DNA from: Dehalococcoidia bacterium
GTDB lineage: Bacteria; Chloroflexota; Dehalococcoidia; Lucifugimonadales; UBA2985
Direction of reading: 5' to 3'
NCBI GenBank assembly: GCA_034422115.1
Contig: DAOUJW010000020.1
Location: 41,352-105,351 of the forward strand
DNA length: 64,000 nt
Part shown: positions 26,328-36,048 of the stretch, piece by piece
Numbering within the stretch: position 1 is the stretch's first letter
Layout of the letters: each line of letters begins with the position of its first letter
Program-made: the position numbers and the translations under genes
Notes under the pieces: generated by a model
Told to the model about the DNA's origin: nothing
The model's input: the letters and a program-made list of their open reading frames with translations, nothing else
The model's database searches: none

Positions 26328-27560
26328 ATGCCTGAGCTTTTTACCGTGGTAACCCCCGACGAGGCCCTGGAGAAGCTGCGCGCCCACGTCAGCCACAGGA
26401 CCGAGAGCGAGGACGTCAAGGCCAACCTGGCCTACGGCCGCGTGACGGCTGCGGACATCCACGTGCCCTCTGCGCTGCCCGCATTCCCACGCTCCACCAT
26501 GGACGGGTACGCCGTCATTGCCGCCGACACCTACGGCGCAACCGAGGGCATCCCGGCCTACCTGAACGTGGTCGGGGAGATTCCAATGGGCAGACCCGCG
26601 GGCCTGTCGCTGAGCCGAGGCGACGTGGCAAAGGTGCACACCGGCGGGATGCTGGCCGACGGCGCAGACGCAGTGGTCATGGTCGAGAACACCCAGCCGG
26701 TCGATGACAACACCATCGAGGTTGTGCGGCCCGTGGCCCCCGGCGAGAACGTGCTCCAGGTCGGAGACGACGTGAAGACGGGCCAGCTGCTGCTTCCGTC
26801 GGGCCACCTGCTCAGGCCCCAGGACATCGGCGGGCTGATGGGCCTGGGCGTCAACCGCATCACCGTCTCGCGGCGGCCCCGGGTGTCCATCCTCTCCACG
26901 GGCGACGAGCTTGTCTCCCCGGAGCAGGAGGTGACGCCCGGCAAGATACGGGACATCAACACCTACAGCCTCTCCTCAATTGCCCTGCAGACCGGCGCAG
27001 TGCCCATGACTATGGACATTGTGGGGGACAGCTTTGAGGACCTGAAGGCGGCGGCAGAGAAGGCCATAGAGAACTCCGACATGCTGGTCATCTCCGCCGG
27101 AAGCTCCGTCAGCACCCGGGACATGACCGCGGACGTGATAGCCTCTCTTGGCGAGCCGGGGTTGCTGGTGCACGGCGTCTCCATCAAGCCCGGCAAACCC
27201 ACCATCCTGGCGTCCGTTGAGGGCAAGCCCGCCATCGGTCTGCCGGGCAACCCGGTGTCGGCGCTGGTCATCTTCGAGCTTTTCGCCGTTCCCGCAATGT
27301 ACTGGCTTGCGGGGTGCGACGCGCCCCCGGCCCGCTTCACAGTGACCGCGCCGCTTACCCACAACGTCGCTTCGATACCGGGCCGCGAGGACTACGTGCC
27401 GGTGAAGCTGGAGGCCACCGACGACGGAGTCGCGGCCGTGCCCGTGTTCGGGGAGTCCAACCTCATCTCCACCATGATCAACGCCGACGGCATGGCCAAG
27501 GTGCCCCTGGACAAGGCCGGCCTGTACAAGGGCGAGATGGTCTCCGTGAGGCTCTTCTAG
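26328..27560 (+). CDS. moeA: Molybdopterin molybdotransferase MoeA
   Basis: RSTMDGYAV, STGDEL, RDINTY, IKPGKP, LPGNPVS; leaderless TTGCAG-17-TATCCT-6nt-ATG. Confidence 0.95.
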   Translation: MPELFTVVTPDEALEKLRAHVSHRTESEDVKANLAYGRVTAADIHVPSALPAFPRSTMDGYAVIAADTYGATEGIPAYLNVVGEIPMGRPAGLSLSRGDVAKVHTGGMLADGADAVVMVENTQPVDDNTIEVVRPVAPGENVLQVGDDVKTGQLLLPSGHLLRPQDIGGLMGLGVNRITVSRRPRVSILSTGDELVSPEQEVTPGKIRDINTYSLSSIALQTGAVPMTMDIVGDSFEDLKAAAEKAIENSDMLVISAGSSVSTRDMTADVIASLGEPGLLVHGVSIKPGKPTILASVEGKPAIGLPGNPVSALVIFELFAVPAMYWLAGCDAPPARFTVTAPLTHNVASIPGREDYVPVKLEATDDGVAAVPVFGESNLISTMINADGMAKVPLDKAGLYKGEMVSVRLF

Positions 27561-27567
27561 GGGCGCA

Positions 27568-29496
27568 ATGCAGCGGAAGTTCTACCTGGAGGACATCCCC
27601 CTGGATGAGGCCATCGCCAGGTTCTACGGCGCGCTGGAGGAGAACGGCGGCCTGAAACCCCTGTCCGGAGAGACCGTGCCCCTTGACCGGGCACTTGGCC
27701 GCGTGACCTCCCAGCCGGTGTGGGCCAGGATGTCGTCGCCCCACTACCACTCGGCGGCCATGGACGGCGTGGCGGTGCGCGCCCAGGACACCCACGGCGC
27801 CAGCAAGACCTCTCCGCTGACCCTCAAGCTGGGTGAGCAGGCCGTGTGGATTGACACCGGCGACCCCGTGCCGCCCGGCTACAACGCCGTCATAATGGCC
27901 GAGGACCTGCAGCCGGTGGGCGACGACGCTGTGCAGATTATGGCCGCGGTCGCCGACTGGCAGCACGTGCGTCTACTGGGCGAGGACATGGTTGCCACGG
28001 AGCTTGTGCTTCCCGAAAACCACCGCATCGGGCCGTCCGACCTGGGGGCGATGGCCGCCGCCGGCCTGACGGAGGTTGAGGTGCGCCGGAAGCCGGTGGT
28101 GTGCATCATTCCAACGGGCACGGAGCTGATTGCGCCCGGAGAGCCGATGGAGGTGGGCAAGATAATCGAGTTCAACTCCCTCATGATGGCCGCGCAGGTG
28201 GAGGAGTGGGGCGGCAGCCCCGTGCGCCATCCCATAGTCCCGGACGACTTTACCCAAATCAAAGAAGCGGTGCAACGGGCGCTGGAGACCTCTGACGTGG
28301 TCATCATGAACGCTGGCTCCTCGGCAGGCTCCGAGGACTACACCGCCCAGGTGGTGTCGGAGGTGGGGGAGCTTCTGGTGCACGGCATAGCCGTAAGACC
28401 CGGGCATCCGGTGGTGTTGGGCGCGGCCGGGGCAACGCCCATGATTGGCGCGCCGGGCTACCCGGTGTCCTGTGTGCTCACAATGGACATAATCGCCAAG
28501 CCACTAATCAGCCGCCTTCTCGGAACACTCTCTCCCGCGAGACCCAGGCTGGAGGCCACCATGAGCCGCAAGGTGCTATCGCCTATGGGCGAGGACGAGT
28601 TCATGCGGGTGAAGGTGGGCAGGGTGGGGGAGCGGGTCATCGCCACGCCGCTCACTAGGGGCGCGGGCGTCATCATGTCGCTGGTAAGGGCCGACGGCCT
28701 TGTGCGCATCCCGCGCTTCTCCGAGGGTCTGGAGGCCGGTTCCGCGGTGGAGGTGGAGCTGCTCCGGCCAAGGGAAGAGGTGGAGAACACCATCGTCGCA
28801 ATTGGCAGCCACGACATGACGCTCGACCTGTTGGGCAGCCTGCTGCATCGGGAGAACGCTGCCCTGAGCCTGGCGTCGTCCAACGTGGGCAGCCTCGGCG
28901 GCTTGCAGGCGTTGCGACGGGAGGAGGCGCACCTGGCGGGCAGCCACCTGCTGGACGAGGAGACGGGTGAGTACAACATCCCGTACATCCGCCGTGTGCT
29001 TGGAGAGCGGGAGGTGGTGGTTGTCAACCTGGCCTACCGAGACCAAGGGCTGATTGTGCCCAGGGACAACCCGGACGGCGTCACGACCCTGTCTGACCTG
29101 ACCAGGGAGGGCGTGTCCTTTGTGAACCGCCAGAGGGGCTCCGGCACGCGGTTGCTGCTGGACTACGAGCTTAAGCAGGCCGGCATCTCCCCGGAAAGCA
29201 TCAAGGGCTACGACCGCGACGAGTATACCCACACGGGCGTGGCCGCGGCCGTGGCCAGCGGCACGGCGTCGGTCGGGCTGGGCATACTCGCCGCCGCCCG
29301 GGCGCTTGACCTGGACTTTGTACCCCTGCTCAAGGAGCGGTACGACCTGGTGATACCCAGGCGCTACTACGAGAGCGAGCTGCTGGCGCCGTTGCTGGAA
29401 ATCATTCGCGGGTCTGAGTTCCAGGAGCAGGTCACGGCCCTGGGCGGGTACGACACCTCACAGACGGGGCAGGTAATAGCGGAGCTTCCGGGGTAG
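27568..29496 (+). CDS. MoeA fused to a PBP-superfamily (molybdate/tungstate-binding) domain
   Basis: MoeA N-part (SAAMDG, TGTEL, RPGHP) plus C-terminal GSHD, VGSLGGL, NRQRGSGTR, THTGVAAAV. Confidence 0.93.
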   Translation: MQRKFYLEDIPLDEAIARFYGALEENGGLKPLSGETVPLDRALGRVTSQPVWARMSSPHYHSAAMDGVAVRAQDTHGASKTSPLTLKLGEQAVWIDTGDPVPPGYNAVIMAEDLQPVGDDAVQIMAAVADWQHVRLLGEDMVATELVLPENHRIGPSDLGAMAAAGLTEVEVRRKPVVCIIPTGTELIAPGEPMEVGKIIEFNSLMMAAQVEEWGGSPVRHPIVPDDFTQIKEAVQRALETSDVVIMNAGSSAGSEDYTAQVVSEVGELLVHGIAVRPGHPVVLGAAGATPMIGAPGYPVSCVLTMDIIAKPLISRLLGTLSPARPRLEATMSRKVLSPMGEDEFMRVKVGRVGERVIATPLTRGAGVIMSLVRADGLVRIPRFSEGLEAGSAVEVELLRPREEVENTIVAIGSHDMTLDLLGSLLHRENAALSLASSNVGSLGGLQALRREEAHLAGSHLLDEETGEYNIPYIRRVLGEREVVVVNLAYRDQGLIVPRDNPDGVTTLSDLTREGVSFVNRQRGSGTRLLLDYELKQAGISPESIKGYDRDEYTHTGVAAAVASGTASVGLGILAAARALDLDFVPLLKERYDLVIPRRYYESELLAPLLEIIRGSEFQEQVTALGGYDTSQTGQVIAELPG

Positions 29497-29511
29497 TTTA
29501 TCCCGACCGTA

Positions 29512-29603
29512 CCGCTCATGGTGAGCCTGTCGAACCATTTGAGCGGATAGACTTTGGGGATAGTTGTCCCGCTCATTTCCTTCGACATGCTCAGGATGAG
29601 CGG
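29512..29603. repeat. TCGA-core REP doublet (family B)
   Basis: CCGCTCATGGTGAGCCTGTCGAACCA ... CCTTCGACATGCTCAGGATGAGCGG; homologs at 34802-34887, 36161-36251, 40376-40468, 45669-45755, 47281-47368, 62932-63047. Confidence 0.85.
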
Positions 29604-29729
29604 GATCAACCCTTCCTCTGCCATTCCTGCGCAGGCAGGAATCCAGGGGGCGTGGGAAGGCCCCTCGCCTTGACACCCCTATACAAAGATGGCAACATTG
29701 GGGCGCTTTTCAAGGAGTCCATTAGCTCA

Positions 29730-30515
29730 ATGCGCGAGAAGGCCGTTCTGTACGACAAGAGGGACCGCGTTGCGTGGGTGACCCTGAACAGGCCCCAGGC
29801 GCAGAACAGGCTAGACCTGCGCACGTGCAACGAGCTACGCGCCATCTGCGATACAATTGCCCAGGACGACGACGTGCGGTTGGCGGTGCTCACCGGGGCA
29901 GGGGAGACATTCTGCGCCGGCGATGAGGGGGAGCCGCCGGAGTTTGCCAACAGCGCTTCCGTTGAGGAGATCAGGTCCTACATTGAGCCCCGCCGCCCGG
30001 CGTCGTTCCTCGGCGGCGTGGAGAAGCCGGTGATAGCGGCCATCAACGGCGACGCCCTGGGCCACGGGCTGGAGCTGGCCCTGGCCTGCGACATCCGGAT
30101 CGCAGCCGAGGGCGCAAGGCTGGGCATGACGCAGATCAGTCAGGGCGGCATCCCCTGGGACGGCGGCACCCAGCGCCTGCCTCGCATTGTGGGACGGGCC
30201 TGGGCAACGGACATGCTCCTGAACGGCAGAGTCCTGGACACTGAGGAAGCGCTGAGGATTGGCCTGGTCCACCAGGTAGTGTCCGCCCAGGAGTTTACGG
30301 ACCGCGTGGAGCAGATGGCCTCGACTATGGCGGCGCTGGCTCCGATAGCCACGCGCTACGCCAAGGAGGTGGTGCTCAAGGGGATGGACATGACCCTGGA
30401 GCAGGGCCTCCGGCTGGAGACTGACCTGAACGTTCTGCTGCAGACAACCCGCGATAGGGCGGAGGGCGTGGCCTCCTTCCTGGAGCGGAGAGATCCGACC
30501 TATACGGGGGAGTGA
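29730..30515 (+). CDS. Enoyl-CoA hydratase/isomerase family
   Basis: TLNRPQAQN, FCAGD, AINGDALGHGLELALACDIR, GGTQRLPR. Confidence 0.93.
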   Translation: MREKAVLYDKRDRVAWVTLNRPQAQNRLDLRTCNELRAICDTIAQDDDVRLAVLTGAGETFCAGDEGEPPEFANSASVEEIRSYIEPRRPASFLGGVEKPVIAAINGDALGHGLELALACDIRIAAEGARLGMTQISQGGIPWDGGTQRLPRIVGRAWATDMLLNGRVLDTEEALRIGLVHQVVSAQEFTDRVEQMASTMAALAPIATRYAKEVVLKGMDMTLEQGLRLETDLNVLLQTTRDRAEGVASFLERRDPTYTGE

Positions 30516-30550
30516 ACCGGGAATCCAGCCACTAGACCGGAGGAAGCGTT

Positions 30551-31291
30551 TTGGAAGTTCCCAGTGCGAACTACTGCACACAGTGCGGCGCCGAGGCGGA
30601 GGGAGGCTCGCTCTTCTGTGCCACCTGCGGCCGTCCCATGGTCGGCGGCGAGGAATCGTCCGCGCCTGTTCTTTACTTGATTTCCCCCAATCGTATTCTG
30701 TTTATGAGTTTTCTGTCTTTTGGCCTGTATCTCCTCTACTGGCATTACAAAACGTGGAGTCATTTCCGCGACTACACAGGAGCTGTGGCGTTCCCGATTG
30801 CGCATGGATTGACCGCTTTTGTACCAATATACGGATCGTTCAGGGCCCATGCCCACCTGCGCACGTTTGGAGAGTTGGCCGGCCGGGCTGGACTGAACCT
30901 CCGTTTTAATCCTGGACTTGCTTTCTCACTGGTGCTTGTGTTCTGGGTCCTCTCATTTACGGCGGGTGGTGTGAGCAGCGTTGAGGTTGTGGAAGTGATA
31001 GATCCCGTCACGGGGCAACAAGCGATAGACCCCGATACAGGAGTGGGGGTTACGGAGGTAATTAACCCGACAAGGTCTGAGCAGATGATTTCGCTGCTGT
31101 TGCGCATAGGCGCCATAGTGGCAGGAGTCTGGTTGATACTTCACGCTCAACCCAGGATAAACTACTATTGGGATCACGTATATGGCAGCAGGCTGCGAGG
31201 TGTGGCGGTAGGGAAAGGGGAGATTATTGTGGGGTTCCTTGGCGGTTTCTTCTGGGCTGCCACTCTCGTCAGCATTCTTTTTGCACAGTGA
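30551..31291 (+). CDS. Zinc-ribbon membrane protein (DUF4234-like), paralog 1
   Basis: CTQC...CATC, LSFGLYLLYWHYKTW, several TMs; AT-richer. Confidence 0.8.
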   Translation: MEVPSANYCTQCGAEAEGGSLFCATCGRPMVGGEESSAPVLYLISPNRILFMSFLSFGLYLLYWHYKTWSHFRDYTGAVAFPIAHGLTAFVPIYGSFRAHAHLRTFGELAGRAGLNLRFNPGLAFSLVLVFWVLSFTAGGVSSVEVVEVIDPVTGQQAIDPDTGVGVTEVINPTRSEQMISLLLRIGAIVAGVWLILHAQPRINYYWDHVYGSRLRGVAVGKGEIIVGFLGGFFWAATLVSILFAQ

Positions 31292-31426
31292 AGGGATTAG
31301 TGAGACTATAGGCTCTTGGACGATCATCTTCAGGAGAGAAAGCGATTTACCATCGTTCCTTGAGCGGAGAGAGCCAACCTAAACGAGTGAACCCGGAAAC
31401 TAATCTACTACATCGGAGGAGCGAAT

Positions 31427-32080
31427 ATGGAAATGTCGAGCAGGAACTACTGTCCACACTGCGGAGTGGAGGTGCAGGGGGATTCGCTCTTCTGCGCCAC
31501 CTGCGGCCGGCCTATGGTCGGCGGAGGGGACGCTGGCGCTCCGGCGCCACTCCTGATTTCCCCCGCCCGCATAGTGTTCCTGACAGTCCTCTCCTTGGGG
31601 CTTTACACCGTCTACTGGCTCTACAAGACCTGGAAGCACTACCGCGACCATACGGGAGCGGAGGCGTACCCAGTCTGGCACGGGCTGACCGCCTTTGTGC
31701 CAATTTACGGCTCCTTCAGGGCTCATGCCCATCTGCGCACTTTTGGTGAGCTTGCCACAGCCGTCGGGCTGTCGATCCCCTTTGTTCCGGGCCTGGCCTT
31801 TGGCGCAATGCTCATTGGATGGCTGCGATTGTTCGTTGCGGAAGGCTCGCCAATCGCACTTGTGTTGCTGGTGGTGTCTATTGCCGCACAGCTCTGGATG
31901 ATGCTGCACGCTCAGCCCAGGATAAACTACTACTGGGACCACGCGTATGGCGCCAGGCTGCGCGGAATGGGCATTGGCAAGGGTGAGATAATCGTGGCCG
32001 TTATCGGGGTGTTTGCATGGATGGGCACTCTTGCCACCATTTTTGTTGATCCGACAACGATGCAGAACGGAGGCGCGTGA
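31427..32080 (+). CDS. Zinc-ribbon membrane protein (DUF4234-like), paralog 2
   Basis: CPHC...CATC, LSLGLYTVYWLYKTW; clearly homologous to 30551-31291. Confidence 0.82.
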   Translation: MEMSSRNYCPHCGVEVQGDSLFCATCGRPMVGGGDAGAPAPLLISPARIVFLTVLSLGLYTVYWLYKTWKHYRDHTGAEAYPVWHGLTAFVPIYGSFRAHAHLRTFGELATAVGLSIPFVPGLAFGAMLIGWLRLFVAEGSPIALVLLVVSIAAQLWMMLHAQPRINYYWDHAYGARLRGMGIGKGEIIVAVIGVFAWMGTLATIFVDPTTMQNGGA

Positions 32081-32805
32081 CCTCGGCATTTGAGACCATC
32101 ATACTCAGCAAGGACGGTGACGTGGCGGAGATCGCGCTGAACCGCCCAAGGGTGCTCAACGCCTACAACATCCAGATGCGGGACGACATGAGCCAGGCGC
32201 TGGAGGCGGTGCGCCTTGACCCGGACGTGCGCTGCGTTCTGCTGCGGGGAGAGGGTGACAGGGCCTTCTGCACCGGCGCGGACCTGACGGAGTTCGGCAC
32301 TGCGCCCTCAAGGGTCATCGCCAGGCAGGTGCGCTGGGAGCGTGACGTCTGGGGGCAATTCCTGTCTCTGGACAAGCCAATCGTTGCGGCATTGCACGGA
32401 TTTGTGATAGGCTCAGGTATTGAAATGGCGATGCTCTGTGACATACGTATCGCCTCTGACGACGCGGTGTTCGGACTGCCGGAGGCTGCCCTGGGAATGC
32501 TGCCGGCGGCCGGCGGCACCCAGACAATACCGCGCATGATTGGCAGGTCGAGGGCGCTGGAGGCGCTGCTGAGCAACGAGCGCATGGACGCGAGTCGAGC
32601 GCTGGACATCGGCCTTGTGCACAGGGTCGTGCCCAGGGAGACGCTGCTTGAGGAGGCAAGGGCGCAGGCCGGAGAGCTGGCGGCCCGGCCTGCAGGTCTG
32701 GTGAAATCGATTAAGGAGTCGTTACGCAGAGGCTTGGATTTGCCGTTGGAGAGGGCGCTGGAGTTGGAGATGAGCCAGGCGGCTACGGCCATGGCGACCA
32801 GGTAG
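32077..32805 (+). CDS. Enoyl-CoA hydratase/isomerase family
   Basis: LNRPRVLNA, AFCTGADL, GSGIEMAMLCDIR, PEAALGMLPAAGGTQ. Confidence 0.93.
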   Translation: MTSAFETIILSKDGDVAEIALNRPRVLNAYNIQMRDDMSQALEAVRLDPDVRCVLLRGEGDRAFCTGADLTEFGTAPSRVIARQVRWERDVWGQFLSLDKPIVAALHGFVIGSGIEMAMLCDIRIASDDAVFGLPEAALGMLPAAGGTQTIPRMIGRSRALEALLSNERMDASRALDIGLVHRVVPRETLLEEARAQAGELAARPAGLVKSIKESLRRGLDLPLERALELEMSQAATAMATR

Positions 32806-32860
32806 CCCCCCACGACAGCAGGATGGTCATTCCAAGACGACAATTTTTTGGAGGTAACGG

Positions 32861-34423
32861 ATGAACACCACGGAGTTTCTGACCATATCTTCGGCAATTG
32901 TGCCCGACCGCGACGCCATTATCTTTGATGACAAGCACATCACCTTTGGAGAGCTGGCGGAGCGGGTGAACCGGCTGGCCAACGCCATGGGTGACCTGGG
33001 CGTGGAGGCGGGAGACCGCGTCGGCGTTATGCAGGTCAACTGCAATGAGCACATTGAGACCTACTTCGCCACCGCCAAGCTGGACGCCATTCTCGTGCCC
33101 ATCAACTTCCGGGCGCGCTCGGAGGAGCTTGAGTTCATGCTCAACGACTCCGGCGTGAAGCTCATCGTGCTGGGCGCGCGATACCAGGACATGCTCAAGT
33201 CCATCGAGGGCAACCTGACGACTTTGGAGCATCGCATCACCCTGGAGTCCCCGGGCGAAGGGTTCCTTCTCTACGACGACCTGCTGGCCAACGCCTCCGA
33301 CGAGGAGCGGTTCCCCACGGCGGACGGCGACGACGTGTCGATCATCATGTTCACCGCCGGCACCACCGGCACTCCCAAGGGCGTTATGCTGAGTCACGAC
33401 AGCTTCAGCTCCTACATCCTGTCCAACGTGGAGCCGGTTGACCTGGATAGCGACGAAAAGAACATCCTCACGGTGCCTCTGCACCACATCGCGGGCGTGC
33501 AGGCAGTCATGGCGGCCGTCTACGGAGGCCGCACCCTCGTGCTTCAACGCCAGTTCGACGAAGAGGGCTGGATGAAGCTGGTGCAGGACGAGAAGGTCAA
33601 CCGGGCAATGATGGTGCCCACCATGCTGAAGCGCCTCATGGACCAGCCCACCTTCAAGGACTATGACCTCTCCAGCCTCCAGGTCATCACCTACGGCGCG
33701 GCGCCCATGCCCCTGGAGGTCATCAAGAAGGCCATCGTGGAGTTCCCCGGCACTCGCTTCATCAACGCCTTCGGCCAGACGGAGACGGCATCAACGATCA
33801 CGATGCTGCCCCCGGACGACCACAACATCAGCGAAGACGACCCTGACTTCGAGAAGAAGCTCAACCGCCTGGCGTCCATCGGCAAGCCGCTGCCCGACGT
33901 GGAGGTGCGGATTGTCGACGAGGACGGCGGTGACGTGCCCCAGGGCGAGACGGGCGAGATTGTGGCCCGAGGCTCGCGCCTGATGAAGGGCTACTGGAAC
34001 CGGGAGGAGGCCACGAAGGAGACGCTGCGGGGCGGCTGGCTCTACACCGGCGACCTTGGCTACTGGGACGAGGACGGGTATATCTTCCTGTCCGGGCGCG
34101 CCAAGGACTTCATCAAGCGCGGCGGCGAGATGATTGCCCCCGAAGAGGTGGAGCAGATCATCATGTCCCACCCGGGCGTTGACGAGGCCGCGATCATCGG
34201 CATCCCGGACATTGAGTGGGGTGAGCGTGTGCGCGCCGTGGTTGTGAAGAAGCCCGGCGCTGAGCTTTCTATGGAGGACGTGGTGGAGCACTGCCGGCCG
34301 CGCATGGCGGGGTTCAAGCGGCCGGAGCACGTGGTTTTTGTGGATGAGCTTCCCAGGAACCCCATGGGCAAGGTGCTCAAGAGGGTGCTCCGGGAGGAGC
34401 ATCCTGAGCCCATAGTGGACTAG
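32861..34423 (+). CDS. Long-chain acyl-CoA synthetase (AMP-binding)
   Basis: FTAGTTGTPKG, FGQTE, YTGDLG, PRNPMGKVLK. Confidence 0.95.
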   Translation: MNTTEFLTISSAIVPDRDAIIFDDKHITFGELAERVNRLANAMGDLGVEAGDRVGVMQVNCNEHIETYFATAKLDAILVPINFRARSEELEFMLNDSGVKLIVLGARYQDMLKSIEGNLTTLEHRITLESPGEGFLLYDDLLANASDEERFPTADGDDVSIIMFTAGTTGTPKGVMLSHDSFSSYILSNVEPVDLDSDEKNILTVPLHHIAGVQAVMAAVYGGRTLVLQRQFDEEGWMKLVQDEKVNRAMMVPTMLKRLMDQPTFKDYDLSSLQVITYGAAPMPLEVIKKAIVEFPGTRFINAFGQTETASTITMLPPDDHNISEDDPDFEKKLNRLASIGKPLPDVEVRIVDEDGGDVPQGETGEIVARGSRLMKGYWNREEATKETLRGGWLYTGDLGYWDEDGYIFLSGRAKDFIKRGGEMIAPEEVEQIIMSHPGVDEAAIIGIPDIEWGERVRAVVVKKPGAELSMEDVVEHCRPRMAGFKRPEHVVFVDELPRNPMGKVLKRVLREEHPEPIVD

Positions 34424-34499
34424 GGGAATCTATACGGAACAACAAGCAAGGGGCGGGTCTGAGACCCGCCCCTCTGCGTCGATATGCGCGGAGCGTGTT

Positions 34500-34643
34500 A
34501 TGGCGGAAGAGAGGGAGAACACAAGGGGCGAACGGCGGGACGAGCAACGCCGCAAGAGGCGCTACGGCCCGCGGATACACGGGAAGCGTCTGGCGGAGCT
34601 GGTGCGTAACGCTTTGCGCAAGCGGCAGGGGAAGAAAGAGTAG
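34500..34643 (+). CDS. Small basic protein, 47 aa (not in the ORF track)
   Basis: GGAG RBS; MAEERENTRGERRDEQRRKRRYGPRIHGKRLAELVRNALRKRQGKKE. Confidence 0.5.
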   Translation: MAEERENTRGERRDEQRRKRRYGPRIHGKRLAELVRNALRKRQGKKE

Positions 34644-34950
34644 ACCCCGTCATACCCGTGCAGCCTGCCCCGCACTTGATGAGGGGACGGGCTCCACGCT
34701 GCCCCACCCCTGGATTCCTGCCTGCGCAGGAATGGTCTTAGGGCAAGTTGGTCAGTCGCGTTGAAACCACCCCTACTATGGCAGTGGTCTACCTCTTCGT
34801 TCCGCTCACCCTGAGCTTGTCGAAGGGTATGAGCGGAACGACCAAATTGGCCCCGCTCATATGGTTCGACAAGCTCACCATGAGCGGGAAGGGGCTGTAC
34901 GTCCCCATGCCTCAGTTCCAAGAGGAATGGCCCAATCCAACTACTTTGTC

Positions 34951-36048
34951 CTATTGAGTCGTGCCGTCCGCGTCCGTCTCCAGCGCGCCCTCCCGCATGA
35001 AGACGTTCCTGGCAGGGAAGGAGATCTCGATGCCCTCATCCTCGTACCGGGCGTAGAGCGCCTTGACAAAGTTGTGCTTCACCAGCCAGGAGTCCAGGTA
35101 GTTCACGGAGCGCAGCACCACCCAGAAGTTGATGTTGGAGTCGCCGAAGTCCGTGTACCAGATGGAGGGCTCGTAGTCGCTCACGGCCCCGGGCGTCTCC
35201 GCCAGCACCTGCCTGCCCACCTCCACGGTCACCCGCTCAACGTGCGCCAGGTCGCTGAAGTAGCTCACGCCCACCTGCACGTACACGGACATCTCCTCAA
35301 AGGGGTGGTTGTAGTTGGTGGCAACGCTATCGGCCAGCCTGGAGTTTGGAACGATGACGGTGTTGTCCGACAGCAGGCGAATCCGCGTTGTCCGCCAGCC
35401 GATGGTCTCTATCATGCCTATCATCCCGCTATCCAGCTCCACGTAGTCGCCAACGCGGATTGAGCCGTCGGTCATCACGCTGAGCCCGGCAAAGACGTTT
35501 GTGAGGGTGCCCTGGAGGGCCAGGGCCACGGCCAGGCCGCCAATTCCAAGACCGGCCAGCAGGGGCGCGATGGATATGCCAAGCTGGTCCAGGATGATCA
35601 GCGCGCCCATCGCTATGGTGACTATGGCCGCCACCTGGGTCGCCATCGGGGCCATTGACTCCATCATCCTTGCCTGCCCCGTGCGGACGCCCACGCGCCC
35701 AAGCCCCCATCGTATGGCGTCGTCCTGCACCCTTATGCCCCCGAACACGACCACTATGATGCTGATTATGGCATATATGCTGGTGATGATGGACTGGTAG
35801 TTGCTCAGCGCGGGCTGCCACCTGAGTCCTACGAATAGGCCCACCAGGATGATCTGGAGGGAGACTGCCCCGTCCAGGTCGTCGATGATGTTGGCCCGGA
35901 TGCTGTCCGGGTTCCTCCGGCGCAGCCTGCCCTTGATCACCCCGGAGATCAGCCGCACGATGAAGGAGACAACCAGGCCCGTGAGAATCGCCGACCCCAG
36001 GAAGGTCAGGTCTCCAAGGGTCACCTCTCCGATTACTTCTCTGTTCAC
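34951..36048 (-). CDS. mscS: Small-conductance mechanosensitive channel
   Basis: GLGIGGLAVALALQGTLTNVFAG, GDYVE, IGWRTTRIR, GIEISFP. Confidence 0.93.
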   Translation of the reverse strand: MNREVIGEVTLGDLTFLGSAILTGLVVSFIVRLISGVIKGRLRRRNPDSIRANIIDDLDGAVSLQIILVGLFVGLRWQPALSNYQSIITSIYAIISIIVVVFGGIRVQDDAIRWGLGRVGVRTGQARMMESMAPMATQVAAIVTIAMGALIILDQLGISIAPLLAGLGIGGLAVALALQGTLTNVFAGLSVMTDGSIRVGDYVELDSGMIGMIETIGWRTTRIRLLSDNTVIVPNSRLADSVATNYNHPFEEMSVYVQVGVSYFSDLAHVERVTVEVGRQVLAETPGAVSDYEPSIWYTDFGDSNINFWVVLRSVNYLDSWLVKHNFVKALYARYEDEGIEISFPARNVFMREGALETDADGTTQ

